Part shown: positions 45,322 through 58,670 of the stretch, one piece after another | Layout of the letters: the number at the start of each line of letters is the position of its first letter | How positions within the stretch are numbered: the stretch's first letter is position 1 | Assembly (NCBI GenBank): GCA_051362555.1 | Contig: CM120647.1 | Span: forward strand, 992,001 to 1,056,000 | Origin: Lingula anatina | Taxonomy: Eukaryota > Animalia > Brachiopoda | Direction of reading: 5' to 3' | Length of the DNA stretch: 64,000 nt | Translations under genes and position numbers: made by a program | Notes under the pieces: model-generated | Told to the model about the DNA's origin: nothing | The model's input: the letters and a program-made list of their open reading frames with translations, nothing else | Databases searched by the model: none

Positions 45322-46092
45322 TCCCCTCACCACAGTTATCAACCGCACACATAACTACAAACAGATGTGGTAGGAGCTACCTGGTAGATTTTGTAAGCTG
45401 GGTAAGTGAATACACCTCATGGCTTCATTCTGGATTGTCCCACAGAGACAATGATGCCGGAAATCTCATGAATTTTTACCTTTCAAAGTCCATATTGCAC
45501 TAATTTCTTGGTGTAATCCTCAGAATACATCGTTTTTTGAAGTTTTGTATGTATTAACTGTCTGGAGGATTTTAATTCTTTTATTTTCATGTTCAGTTTT
45601 TTGAAAGTATAAGTTTGTAACTAAACAAGTTGCCAAATGATCAAATGAAAACCAAAGTTTGGTGCCTATCAGTGCTTCTTTTTTAGTGCACGAAGTGTGA
45701 AGTCTGCAATGCAACTCTTGGATACAGCACGTATCAACACCTGCCCTCTGTTTGGGGTACAGGTATTTCTTTGCTCATAAATTTTCACTAAATTCTCGGT
45801 AGCCATTACTGCGAATGTACTAAAGCCAATTTTTTAAATAAGAAGCTTTTCTAATTTACTTTTGAAGCACAAGATAACATCAGAACATTATGGAGTGCAA
45901 ATGTGCCCCGCTTTTAGTACTTTACCAATGAAAAACACCAAATTGTTGAGACCTGTATGTTTGATTAGCTGTCATTTTTGTTATATTTATGAGCATTTGA
46001 TGAAGCGGCATGCACTGATCTAGCTGAAGAATCATAACCAACAGACAAAATTGGTACACCCCAAGTTTTTTATATTTGCCTCTTTAAGGCTA

Positions 46093-46310
46093 ACGCCCCA
46101 TTTCCATAGATTAGATCGACCTACTTTAGATCGACCTAACTCCCTGGGGGTTCACACTAAATAGCTGTCAGCCGGGCGGACACGAAAGTTAATTACCACT
46201 TGCAGCTTGTAGTAGGCGGGGACGGACACTTAAGGGGGATTATCTGACAGTAATCTGGTGAGACTCCCCGCGGTGATAGATCGATCTAAAGTTGTGGGAA
46301 TAGACCCTAA
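46093..46310. mobile_element. MITE (family B-related) nested in the Academ-like element
   Basis: cgccccatttccatagattagatcgacc...gatcgatctaaagttgtgggaatagaccc. Confidence 0.65.
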
Positions 46311-48960
46311 GTTATTCTGGTGTTTCTTTCACATTTTATGGATTTTGCACGATACTTTTTTTCTTAGAAAGGGGGAGTCACTCATGAGTGCCATATAAGA
46401 AGATTGCTAACTGGGAATTGATCTAAATGAGAATCCAGAGCAAAAAGTCAAACTTCTTATGTTGGTTTATCAAAAGAAGGACTGTTTTCAGTACATAATA
46501 AATGTATCACGCTTGATGGTTTTTTAAAAACTCTGTAGAATAGCTCCTGCACAGGTAGGAATATGCTGATTATACAGGTAGTTTGCAAAGCCCACATGCC
46601 TATTCACGAGTGATTACAATTCAATAGTTGTGGTCTGCTGACTTTTGGAGACCATTTAAGTGGCAGATACTGATACTTCATTCATACAATGGTATTTTCT
46701 AACCATTAAATGATATTTTTATAAAAGACTATACAAATAACTTTCACCTTGAAAGGGTATTTTGGGGGCAATATTGAAATTGGCTGCCATATTGGAATTT
46801 TCAGACATGCCCCTATATCCAACGTTGCTTAGAATCATGTTCTACATAACTGTGCCAATTTTTATGCTTGTAATTGTAAGTGCTTGATGATTTTACAAAA
46901 CTGCTGCATATTTTGCGTAAGTAAACTGCTTATTTTACTTTTGGAGGCCATTTTGGAAATCTATACACCTGTAGAAGCGGATATTGATAATTCATTCATA
47001 GCATGATGTTTTCCAGCTATAAAATGATATTCTAAACCATTTTAGGACTATATATTAGATGTTTTAATTTAAAAGAGTATTTGTGGCGGCCATATTGGAT
47101 TTGGCGACCATACTGGAATTTTCAGACATGCCCATATATCCAAAAAAGCTTAGAATTCCATTATCTACAACTGTGGCAAATTTCATGCTTGTAGGTAAAA
47201 AACGCACAATTCACCCTTTTTTCTGCACCAATTTCTTGGACTAAATGGGGCCTATGATGCTTTTTATCTAGATATTTATTTATGAAAGACAAACTCTGTT
47301 ATAACGATATGACCTGTGTTACCTGTTGCACCCTGATGTTCATAATTCAGCTGCTCATGAAATAAAGTGCTCAACCCAGTTATCGTGGTTCGTTAAATTT
47401 TACGATCCTCGGGGTGGAACATGATGCACCCCAGGGGCAATGCCTTAGGCACTGTTGCCAAGGTAACAAGACCTTAGACGCTGTTGCCAAGGTGAAAACC
47501 TTGGTGATGCTTCGACCCTTCACTAGGGATTCTGTGCTGTGCCGAAAGATTCCATAAAGTGTTCATCTTGACATGTTTGAAATGTTTCTTTTCAAAACAA
47601 CAATCAGCTTCATCCTTCCGATACATTAAAACCTTTTCTCAGATTAAATTGGACCTTCGATTGCATTGATTGAGTTTGTGTTGCGTTTATTACTAGTCAT
47701 TACAGTTAAGATTTTTTTTCAATTAAAAGAGATACCGCAGTCGTATGAACCCAATGATAACCATATTTTTCGTTAGTGTGGCACGCTATTTACTGAGAAG
47801 ACTACTGCAGCTGGTATATTAATTTGTAGTATTTGTTTTGTATTCAATCCTGCAGGGCTTGGCTTTATCATACTTTGTACTACTGCGCTGAATAATTCTT
47901 AATCTCCGTTTTTATTAAAGTATTTATTTACAGTAGCCATTAGCATTGGTCGTGATTGGAAATGGCTTTGTGATCTAAATGACTTCCTATAGTGTCTTAT
48001 TGAATTATCAGTAAGTGGATAAATTGAAAGTTATTGCCGACGCTTTGTTCAAAGGGAAATATGATGCGTTTTATTGATTACGCAACTCAACTGGGAAATC
48101 TTCAATCATCTAATAGGCATACAGTACGTCGTTTCACACAGAAAAAAATAATAAAAGGGCATATGGACTTCTGTGAAAACGTGGTGCGTATTAGATAGAT
48201 GGATAGATCTTTATTTTTACCTCTGTCCAGAATAGGTAATTACATGAGGACTTGCTGCGTCTAAAAAAACGGAAATAGGCAATGTGCAGGAAGCAAGTGG
48301 ACGTTACGGAATATCGACAAAGGAATTGGCGAGCACAAGAACAGCTAGTTTATCTTGGGAACCAATGTTTGACAAGATCTACACCCACTGTAGACTGTTT
48401 ATGAGGTAAAGGATGAGCCTGCGGTTTGAAGTCGTCATGTTTTTTTAAAATCATTATCGGAAAGTTCTGTCTATGAATATTTTAACAGATAATATGCGTC
48501 CCAAAAGGCGGTTAATTAGATAGGGATTAGCGATCGGGCTTGTGGTATTTCCTATAGGTGGTTAGAACTCGTGCACACCCTACCCAGGAACAGGTGTGGC
48601 AGCGCCGATATTTTTCACTTGTGTAAAAAAGTGAAAAAATAATAATTTTGTCTACCCAGATGCTGTTTACAGAGTTGTTGCTCGTTATAACCATCTTATC
48701 AAATGTATGTGGCCGAGCAGCTATTGTTTTAAAACAGAAATTTATTTTTAAAAAGTTTTATGACTGATTTGACTGGCTGTTATGTTATCAATGTACTATC
48801 TATTTTAATATCTTAAAATTTTAACTATCCATATATTCATTGTTCTATACATTTCAATATCTTGATATCGTAACTGTCTATTTATTTGACTTTATTCATC
48901 TTATTCTTTACATTTTACCCATGTAAAGTCTACTGAACATTTTATGTGGATTTAAGACCA

Positions 48961-48994
<34 letters not shown>

Positions 48995-49654
48995 ACTGCG
49001 TCTTAGCCATATTGTTCACGACATATTGTTTGTTAAGAAGCAACCAAGTCGTGCACCTCTAGTGAACGTATTTATAGTTTCATCAAAATGAACTTACATT
49101 AAATCTAAATGTTCATATGTTGGGTATTTTAGGGCACTTGGCATAAATTCATTACAAAAAGAGTGGAACAATCTTCAGAACTTCCTGTTCTGCAGGGAAT
49201 GGGTTTTAGAACAATCTTTCAGCAGTAAACAACACGTGCCACTTTTCGAGAGAGAAAAACAATTCTCCTATAGTTTCATATGTTTAGAGTCGGGTAAACG
49301 CACAAAATATTTAGAGTCGGATGAACGTACAAGAATGGCGTTTACTGAAGCTTGAAATAGATTTTTTTACGTCAAGAGGGAGTTCATCATTCTACAAATG
49401 CAAATACACCGCACATGCTTTCCTTTGAGACATGGTTCTATTTTGATAAACTCTATTTTCGATCTATCCACCAATGTCACGCTCCTCTGGCAGCACGCAA
49501 AGCATGTCAGAAGCGTTTAGTCAGCTAAAAGGAACAAGGAACTGTCTTCACGCTCCATTGGAAGACATTTATAATAATAATAATCTTTATTGGAGAATCG
49601 CAACCCGAAGGTTGAAGTTATACAATTATGTTATACAATTATATATGAATATTC

Positions 49655-49931
49655 AAGTCAAGGAAGCCTGGTCATTTTTGCACTGGTGCACTCCGTAGAC
49701 GGTCTTACCTCCCTGGGGAGCATACAGCTCGGCTGCCATATTAGGCGCTCATAGCTAATATATCATTTCTGCACTGCCTGACCAGGCCCCTGCTTCAACC
49801 CCTTAGTTCTGAGTGCCAAGCGGGGAGATAGCAGGTACCGTTTATAAAGGACTGGTATGTCCCTGGACGGGTTTTGAACCCACGTCCTCCCGCTCCGGAG
49901 GCGGACACTCTAACCACAAGGCCATCCGGTC
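49655..49931 (-). mobile_element. tRNA-derived SINE with Meta-like and Deu/Nin-like central domains
   Basis: The reverse complement begins ccgaccggatggccttgtggttagagtg (A box)...gggttcaaaacccg (B box), then ggtacctgctatctccccgcttggcactcag and ggcagccgagctgtatgctccccagggag. Confidence 0.85.
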
Positions 49932-50053
49932 GGTTCATCGGTATCATTTTCGAGACTTCACAAAATTTACATATGGTAACCTAAATCTTAATGAAGAAAA
50001 TGCTTTCTTTACATCTGTCTTCACGTAGAGGTCTCTTTATTGTTAGTAGACTT

Positions 50054-50221
50054 CAGGGGCGGATTGAGACCGTCTTCTGAGTCTTCCGGAAGACGGTTAG
50101 ATTTTTAAGTTTACATTGACGGGTATCTAATTTTTTCTGTCGAAAGACGGTCAAAAATGAAAGATGGATCAGTAAAGATAATTTGGAAGTCTGTCAGAAA
50201 ATATGTCTGGACCCGCCCCTG
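50054..50221 (-). mobile_element. hAT5-like MITE family E
   Basis: caggggcggattgag...ggacccgcccctg. Confidence 0.75.
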
Positions 50222-50419
50222 GACTAGTTTTCAAGCATCTCTTTCTTCCACGCAAAAATTCTCGTGCAAAACGGGGATGTATTCACAAGTGTCTTGTTAT
50301 ATAAGGTTTATTTCACTGTAACATATGCATCCACTTGTGTGGATGAAAATGACAATATGAATACAATTTTTGTGAATATGTTATTAAACAATCACAATGA
50401 GTAAGAATATTTACTTATT

Positions 50420-51737
50420 TACTATTAAAAAAAAAGTTACTATTACTACTATTACTCAATTGCCGATGAGTGCAGCACTGTCTTGTAGATCCCTCCTAGC
50501 AAAAGCGGAGAAACTGAGCTAGTGCAATAATGGTTTCTTTTTCTTGACATTTCATAATTATAGTAAATTTTTCATCAGTTGTTTTTAGGCCAAAATGTGT
50601 ATCGTGTTTTGTAAATACCTTATATAATATTGTGCGCAGGTCGTTGTGTAGGGGGCATGTTGTGAGAAAGTGTTTTTCGTCTTCAATTTTGTCTTTAGAA
50701 CAGTAATGGCATATTCTGTCGGTACGAGGAGTGTTATTATATCTGCCCGTTTCAATGTGAAGTTTATGCCCACTGGTGCGAAAACGGCTTAGGTTTTTTC
50801 TTTTATCAGTATCGTGAAGGTAGTCTAGATATTTTTCTTTTTTTGAATGTATTTTTGAAATGGCAATATACTCTGGATTTGGAATTGTGCTCAAGCTCAC
50901 TGTGCCAGTTTTGTACGTACCCACTAATGATTCGTTCTCTGAACATACTTAGGAAATTTATGTCGGGATTCTGCTTTAGCCATACATCTCCAAATCCGTT
51001 TTCAAACAAGAGTTTCATAATACCTTCACTCCATGACAGGTTATCTTCATTCAGATTTGGCAGGCTTTTTGTTGTGAGTAAATTGTAATAATGTAATTCG
51101 TCTAGGTATGCTTGTTTGAGTAGGTTGTTTTCGTCTGTGCGTAATATTTTGAGCCAAAATTTTATTAATTGTATGTTAATTTTTATGTAAACAGGAATCC
51201 TTCCTGTCTCTCCTCTTACTGTGTGGTTTGAAGTTTTTGGGTGAACACCTAAATTTTTTTTACAAAAACTGAGATTTATCTTTTCCGATGGAGATCTGTC
51301 TGTAAGAGGGGTATATCCCCAGACCTCTGATCCGTACGTTGCAATTGGCATTATGATTGTATCAAAAAGTTTTTCCTTGAAGGATGATTTAATAGGGCTG
51401 GTTACAGGAAAGTAACTTTTTAGTGCAAAAAATGCTTTTTGTGCTTTTTCTTTTAATCTTGTTTGAGCTGCAGTGAATTTGCCAGATCTAGTGAAAAAAA
51501 AATTCCTAGGTAGTTGTAGCTAGACGAGATAGTGAGTAGTTTATCGCCAATGTTAAATTTGTGTTTGCTTTGAGTGGTGCCGTCCGTGATTTTTCCCTTG
51601 CTGTTGAAAATGACAACTTGGGTTTTTTTAATGTTTATCGAAAGTCTCCATAGTTTACAATACGTTTTTAGACAATCCAGGCTATATTGGAGACCTAATG
51701 GGCTTTTCGAAAAGAGAACTAGGTCGTCAGAATATAT
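50420..51737 (-). mobile_element. 5'-truncated, frameshifted non-LTR retrotransposon (RTEX-like LINE)
   Basis: RT C-terminus YSDDLVLFSKSPLGLQYSLDCLKTYCKLWRLSINIKKT...YLG...YGSEVWG...GETGRIP and zinc knuckle RFRTSGHKLHIETGRY...CHYC...EDEKHFLTTC; frameshifts at A/T runs; short-repeat tail at about 50430-50455. Confidence 0.9.
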
Positions 51738-53039
51738 ATGATACTGGCTTTTCAGTACGGCGTGGGAAGGTTTACTTATATCTTATCTTATTCACGAACA
51801 CAGCAGTTGCTGGCTAACTTCAACTTGTGGAATTGTTTCCCCCGACAGGAGGCATGAAGACGGCTGTCAACGCGTGGTTAAGGTTATTGTAACCCCTCAT
51901 GATCCCCCAAATACCGAAAATGAGTTTTACCCGCATGTAATTATTCAACAATGCATCTAAATGTGTGCTGATTTAAAACAATGAAAAAGCCCTCGAAAAT
52001 ATAAAATATTGGCGTTTATATTTTTTCGCTGTAATGCATAAGCATAGGCAAGTCGAAGCTTTTATCGTCAATTTAACAATTTTCTATTTCGAGATAGCAA
52101 TCGGTATGGGGTTTAACTTCATCCTTGAACAAGATTTTATCACGAAAATTGGCAGAGTTTTCCAAGATAGTATAGACTACAATCCTGTGCTGTCATTTTG
52201 GTTCAAATGTTTTTTGTTTTGGAGTTTTGAGCCTCTTATACAGATTTTCAATAAACAAGGGCATTATTTTGCTTTATCAAAAATAAAATCTGAACTAACA
52301 ATTTTAAGGAAAATCTGTCAGGGTTTTGGAGTACTAAATGGTGTCATTATATCGGCTTGAAACGATGATCGTTGATCATGGTACCAGGGTAAAAGAGAAA
52401 TTTCAGAAACCGATTTTTCAGTTTTAACCCTAAAATCTCGATTATGACGTCCCCCGTGAGATGACACGTGTAAATGTTAATTAATATAGTCACTGAACAC
52501 TGTAGATTTATTCTAACCCAAAATAATGTTTGTAAGGCAGTAAATAAGGAGTTTTGGGCGAAGGGTGACAATATCCTTAAGTATCAAAAGAAACCCTTAA
52601 TTACTGCACAGGAACGGGGAGGAGGAGGGGGGGCTGAGATGCCAGCCACGCTTTGACGAATGATTTCCCTGCTGTAACAGGAACGGAAGTCCGCTAGGAA
52701 CCCTAGTCCGTTCTCCATTACTTTGTACAGGTGCCATTTGTCCCATATAATTACCTCAATACTCCGACTAACCCTAACCTGCACTAAGCATGTGGAAGCC
52801 CGGATTTCTGTTTCTGTTACATCGGGAATACATTTTTTATTGTTTTTGCGCTACACTTGCACTTGTAAAGTATTTGTGCATGCACTTGCCAAGGCTTTTC
52901 TAGCAAATCGAATAAAGAAACATTTTAGCAATAATGTAATTAGATGAAACTACAGGATAGCCGAGAAAGTTGATTGTTGACTTTTACACTGATCAACCAT
53001 TCACTAGATACATCCAGCGCCCTACTGTGGAATTTCTAG

Positions 53040-53301
53040 ACCAGGTTCCCATACCTAGATCGATGTAACAGGATCGTTCCATCTCCAAGGGGCATCTCGC
53101 TAGATTGCTTTCAGCTAAAGCGACATGGATGTCTGGCACACCTTCTGAAACAGCTAAACGATAATTAGTTACCTCCTGGCAGTTTTAGTAGGCGTAGCAG
53201 ACATCTATGCCGCTTAAGTTGATTGCAATTTAGAGAGAACCCAGCCCCCTCGGATATAGATCGATCCACAGTTGGTACGATAAGGTCTGGGAATGGTCCC
53301 T
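53040..53301 (-). mobile_element. MITE family B
   Basis: Reverse complement of the 9953 copy (gttcccatacctagatcg...ggtctgggaatggtccc). Confidence 0.8.
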
Positions 53302-53614
53302 TAGGTTTTATTTGAAATCAGTTTTTTTTATCTGTGTATCAGTCTTCTAGAAGGACAAGGTAAGACTCTAGGGGGAAGAGTTATCTTTGCACTCGTGATG
53401 TGTGAACCGTGGCACTAATCGACAACTGACATCCTCCCAACTCAATTAAAGCCACCAGTATGATACAATTACACGGATATCGACGAGGAAAACTCGTTTG
53501 GGAATGTCCAAAGCAGGTTTATTTCAGTCAAATCGTTGGTAATTTTTTTTCAAAGTACATTCGACCTGATCTCGTTGTTCAAATTTCGGACTGGTTTGTA
53601 ACATCAGGGTTTCT

Positions 53615-53782
53615 CAGGAGCAGATCCAGAGATATTTTCTGACAGTCTTCCAAATTATCTTTGCTGATCCAGCCTCCGTTTTTGACCGGCTTCAAACAGA
53701 AAAAATGAGATACCCGTCAATGTAAACTTGAAAAGCTGGCCGTCTTCCGGAAGACCCAGAAGACGGCCTCAATCCGCCCCCT
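53615..53782 (+). mobile_element. hAT5-like MITE family E
   Basis: caggagcagatccag...aatccgccccctg flanked by ggtttct on both sides. Confidence 0.75.
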
Positions 53783-54322
53783 GGGTTTCTTTTTGCCGTT
53801 ATTCCGTGACAACCTCCACAAACCATCCAGAACCGGGTGTGTCCTTATCTACTGATACCCAGTTGTATAAGACTGGGAAATAAACAAGGATTCACGGAAG
53901 CATGATATGTCTGAAACTGATCAGGTTTTGACGAACTAAAGAACTAAAGCTTGTCTCACTTTCCATGACATTTTATTGTCACTTGGTTTCAATACAAATG
54001 TGTTAAAAGAGGTCATGGCATTTGTAAGCTGAGATCGATAAAAAGCAATTTGTGTTCGATGTACGGAAGCGCTGCGGGTGGTGTGACCGAAGATGACAGG
54101 CAAGCATGCGCAGTAGCTCGCCTTAAGAAAACAGCATATTTCTAGTTGATTTAAATATATGCAGGTCAAGTTTTAAGTTTAGTTAGTGAACTAACTTTGT
54201 AAATCTTACGGCTACTTCTAAAAATGATACTTTGTTCTAATGTTCACACTTCTCACAACCGTTTCTGGAACATTTGCATGTAGTTATAACCACCATTGCC
54301 ACCATTCGTAACGTCAGCTTTC

Positions 54323-54323
<1 letters not shown>

Positions 54324-54373
<50 letters not shown>
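54324..54373 (+). repeat. Poly(A) run, about 50 nt
   Basis: Directly visible. Confidence 0.9.
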
Positions 54374-54374
<1 letters not shown>

Positions 54375-55969
54375 CAGTTTTTACTGGCACCCTTTTGCAT
54401 TTCGATATAAACATGTAATGTTCAATGGTAATTATCACCGAGGCAATCTGTTACAGACAGAAAATCTGTTGATACACTTTATTTTTATTATACACATTGG
54501 CAAAACAGTGCAGTGTTTATTTTAAATTTACCGCAGCAAAGTGTGCCCAATTGTCACTTGCGGAGATTTGCTAAAAGTCACCGAAGTCTACTGTAATATT
54601 TATTTATATATATTTCAGGAGGACTGTTTTCTTGTTAATTTTGTTTAAAAAAAGTAACATCAGTCCCATATATCAGTGCTTGTCTGATGCTAGGACATAC
54701 CAGACTGTTTTCTCATGTCCTAGTCTGGTGTCTGAAGTACAGCGAAAAAAAAACACCTAATTGTGCATCAATGGCAGTATGAATTCCAGGAATCATTACG
54801 CAATCTAATATTTATGGCTATATACGTCTGTTGCAGTTGTCGTAAAAGGAACCACGAGTCATCACAATCAGGTATTGTTGCGTGTTAGCCATGACAGAAA
54901 CAACGGATGTAGGTATCTTTTGATGAAGTAAGTAAATGTCAAGGAAATTGCCCCGCTATTTTCGTCTACAGTGCCGTGATGATACTGATTTTTTTCTCGA
55001 TAAATCTCGGCTTCGTAAACTGTTTCAAGGGAATTATTATAGGCGGGGTGTTTTTTTTTTATGTAACTCCGGTGGCTGTTTGTGTGTATGTAGGGTTGGA
55101 AGGAATGGCTCGTTAGATCTTTGCAATATTAATTATTTCCTTTACCCGAACATAGCCTGTGCTTAAATCTCACTGACTTGTTCACATTTTCAAATAATGA
55201 ATTGGTGTTCGTGTTAAAGAAGAAGAAAATATTTTCATGTCAAGATGACCGAAACTACACAATACAAAGGATCTCTAGTATTCAACGATTAAGTTTAAAT
55301 AGCATCAATACGGATAAAAAAACGTAAAAAACAAAACGTATGGAAGTTTTTCAGGCAAAGTACTTTAGCATTTGTAAAGATAAGTCCAAAACTTGAGAAT
55401 GTCTTGTATTTGAATCTCCTGCAATTGGTAATTAGGTTCCCATCATCAAGGAGTTCCTGCCATTGATGCTTTTGAAATTACTACGCCATTACTACGTCAT
55501 ATGCGTTGTGCTAAAAAAGTGAAGTATGAAAAAGCGTTGTCCGCTTTGAAAGGGAGGCGAAGAAGCCATTGCGGCAAAAAAGTTAATAAAACATTTTTCT
55601 TAAAGTGGAACCTCGAAGAAAAAATCAAAGTTCTGGGAATGAAATAAAAGTATGAAAAACATGTGTGAAGGACATTTATGAAGACAACAACCACAAAAAC
55701 TTAAAAGATACAGCCACAACTTTATAAAAATTGACCTTTGCTGTCTATGCCCAAGAAGAACACCGGCGTGCTAGCCTTCAGAATGATAGACCAAATATAC
55801 CCAGACTTCACCAGATCCACGGCAATGTTTCTACATGTATAAAAACTGGATGCCATTTCACTCATTCAATTTTATCTGCGACAATTACATACCCAGGGAA
55901 AAAAACTGCAACGCGAAGGCAGAAAAGAATATCTGCAAAATGACTGGTATTTTTACAAATGAAGTCTAA

Positions 55970-56102
55970 GACCCCGTTCCCCTACCTAGATCGATCTAGC
56001 AGGATCGACCCATCTCCGAGGGGTTTCTTGCTTAATTGCATTAAGCTTAAGTGGCTTAGATGCATGGCACGCATACTGAAGCTGCTTATCGATAGTTAAT
56101 TA
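55970..56102 (-). mobile_element. MITE family B, half copy
   Basis: gaccccgttcccctacctagatcgatctagcaggatcg... Confidence 0.65.
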
Positions 56103-56661
56103 GTCTAAAAGAAATAACGAAGACGAAAATTTCAACTTTACTTGGTGAGATGTGATTGTAAAATGAAAATTGCAAGAAGCCCAATCTCGTAAGCGATGCT
56201 ATCTCAGTCAGTATAGAAAACTGACAGAATTTTGGTTATACACAAAACTTGATCTAGTAAGGTTTTTTTTTTAGAACTAATAAGCAGTTCAGGTATAAAA
56301 ACACGCCACATAATTGATTTAAAAAAAAAAACACGTTTAAGTATGATTTGAACATCAAATGTCTAACAGATGTCGTTTGTACCTTTTGCAGTCAGCCAAG
56401 GACGAAAAGCATTTCTGTTTTTACTGTGGAAATATACAAAAAAAATGCGCATCACGCAATAGAAAAGATGTAGGCTAATTCCTTTCTCGGTAGTGATGAT
56501 GCAAAGTTTTTTCAATCATTAACTTGTAGGACTCTAACCATCATAAATAATCTCAGTTAATGTATAGTGGCATCTCAGTAGTTTAACTATTACCATGTTC
56601 ATTTCCAGACTGAACTATTTACTTTCCTGTTATTATAATAACAAACTCAGAACTTAGTGCA

Positions 56662-58140
56662 ACTAATATGAAGTATGATACAGAACCCAATGTGTAATAA
56701 TTGTGGCAATACACAGAGCTAATATGAAGTATGATACAGAACCCAATGTGTAATAATTGTGGCAATACACACAGCTAATATGAAGTATGATACAGAACCC
56801 AATGTGTAATAATTGTGGCAATACACAGAGCTAATATGAAGTATGATACAGCTAGAACCCAATGTGTAATAATTGTGGCAATACACACAGCTAATATGAA
56901 GTATGATACAGAACCCAATGTGTAATAATTGTGGCAATACACAGAGCTAATATGAAGTATGATACAGAACCCAATGTGTAATAATTGTGGCAAATACACA
57001 GAGCTAATATGAAGTATGATACAGAACCCAATGTGTAATAATTGTGGCAATACACAGAGCTAATATGAAGTATGATACAGAACCCAATGTGTAATAATTG
57101 TGGCAATATACGCAGAGCTAATATGAAGTATGATACAGAACCCAATGTGTAATAATTGTGGCAATACACACAGCTAATATGAAGTATGATACAGAACCCA
57201 ATGTGTAATAATTGTGGCAATATACGCAGAGCTAATATGAAGTATGATACAGAATCCAATGTGTAATAATTGTGGCAATACACACAGCTAATATGAAGTA
57301 TGATACAGAACCCAATGTGTAATAATTGTGGCAATACACAGAGCTAATGTGAAGTATGATACAGAACCCAATGTGTAATAATTGTGGCAATACACACAGC
57401 TAATATGAAGTATGATACAGAACCCAATGTGTAATAATTGTGGCAATACACAGAGCTAATGTGAAGTATGATACAGAACCCAATGTGTAATAATTGTGGC
57501 AATACACACAGCTAATATGAAGTATGATACAGAACCCAATGTGTAATAATTGTGGCAATACACAGAGCTAATATGAAGTATGATACAGAACCCAATGTGT
57601 AATAATTGTGGCAATACACACAGCTAATATGAAGTATGATACAGAACCCAATGTGTAATAATTGTGGCAATACACACAGCTAATATGAAGTATGATACAG
57701 AACCCAATGCGTAATAATTGTGGCAATACACAGAGCTAATGTGAAGTATGATACAGAACCCAATGTGTAATAATTGTGGCAATACACACAGCTAATATGA
57801 AGTATGATACAGAACCCAATGTGTAATAATTGTGGCAATACACACAGCTAATATGAAGTATGATACCGAACCCAATGTGTAATAATTGTGGCAATATACA
57901 CAGAGCTAATATGAAGTATGATACAGAACCCAATGTGTAATAATTGTGGCAATACACACAGCTAATATGAAGTATGATACCGAACCCAATGTGTAATAAT
58001 TGTGGCAATACACACAGCTAATATGAAGTATGATACCGAACCCAATGTGTAATAATTGTGGCAATATACACAGAGCTAATATGAAGTATGATACAGAACC
58101 CAATGTGTAATAATTGTGGCAAATATACATAGAGCTAATA
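56662..58140 (+). repeat. 56-bp satellite array, about 26 copies
   Basis: ctaatatgaagtatgatacagaacccaatgtgtaataattgtggcaatacaca(g/c)ag head-to-tail with few variants. Confidence 0.97.
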
Positions 58141-58670
58141 AACAACGTCTAGTTATCAAATTGTGCCTTACAACTTTATGTCAAGAATGCCCCAAATATC
58201 ACTGTAAGTTGTATTTTTTTACCCATTAGTGGTTTTCGGAAATGGAAACGATTATGCTTATTTTACTCTCAGATTTGATTTTATGTCATTTATTATTTTT
58301 CAGAGGTAACTAGGAAACTGATTTGCTAGGCCAGTGTGGTTAGGTAAAACGAAAACGAAGTAGATACTCCAGCGCAGTAGACTACTGCATTCATACTGCA
58401 AGCATGCTTCAAATCTGCTTCGATTGGGGAGCTAATTAGCATATTTGAAACATGCTTCTATGCTTCTATCATGCTGCTAATCTACTGCATTAATGCTCCT
58501 CCTCTGTACAACCCTATGTAATTTTTGAAGTAGAATTGCAGTAGGCTATACTGCATTTCTACTGCAAATATGCTCCACTGCGTTAATGCTTCTTTGCTAC
58601 TTCGATACTACTGCATTTTCGTGCGGGTAGGTTATCTCTACTACTAATGCTCCCGGTCACAATATGTCTA

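Larger units (their letters stand above)
43442..47243. mobile_element. 3.8-kb non-autonomous Academ-like DNA transposon
   Basis: Ends TAGTCCAGGAAATTGGTG / CACCAATTTCTTGGACTA, 3-bp TSD AAT, long subterminal repeats rich in aaaatggccgcc (43442-44500 mirrored by 46680-47243); no intact transposase ORF. Confidence 0.75.

Noticed and set aside
44500-46680. Transposase remnant inside the Academ-like element
   Set aside because: No recognisable motif or long ORF by eye; needs a translated search
49860-49931. tRNA gene
   Set aside because: The A/B boxes continue into a SINE body with other copies in the window; no proper acceptor stem
56662-58140. CRISPR-like regular array
   Set aside because: Units are head-to-tail with no unique spacers, there are no cas genes, and the context is eukaryotic; the ORFs there are repeat artefacts
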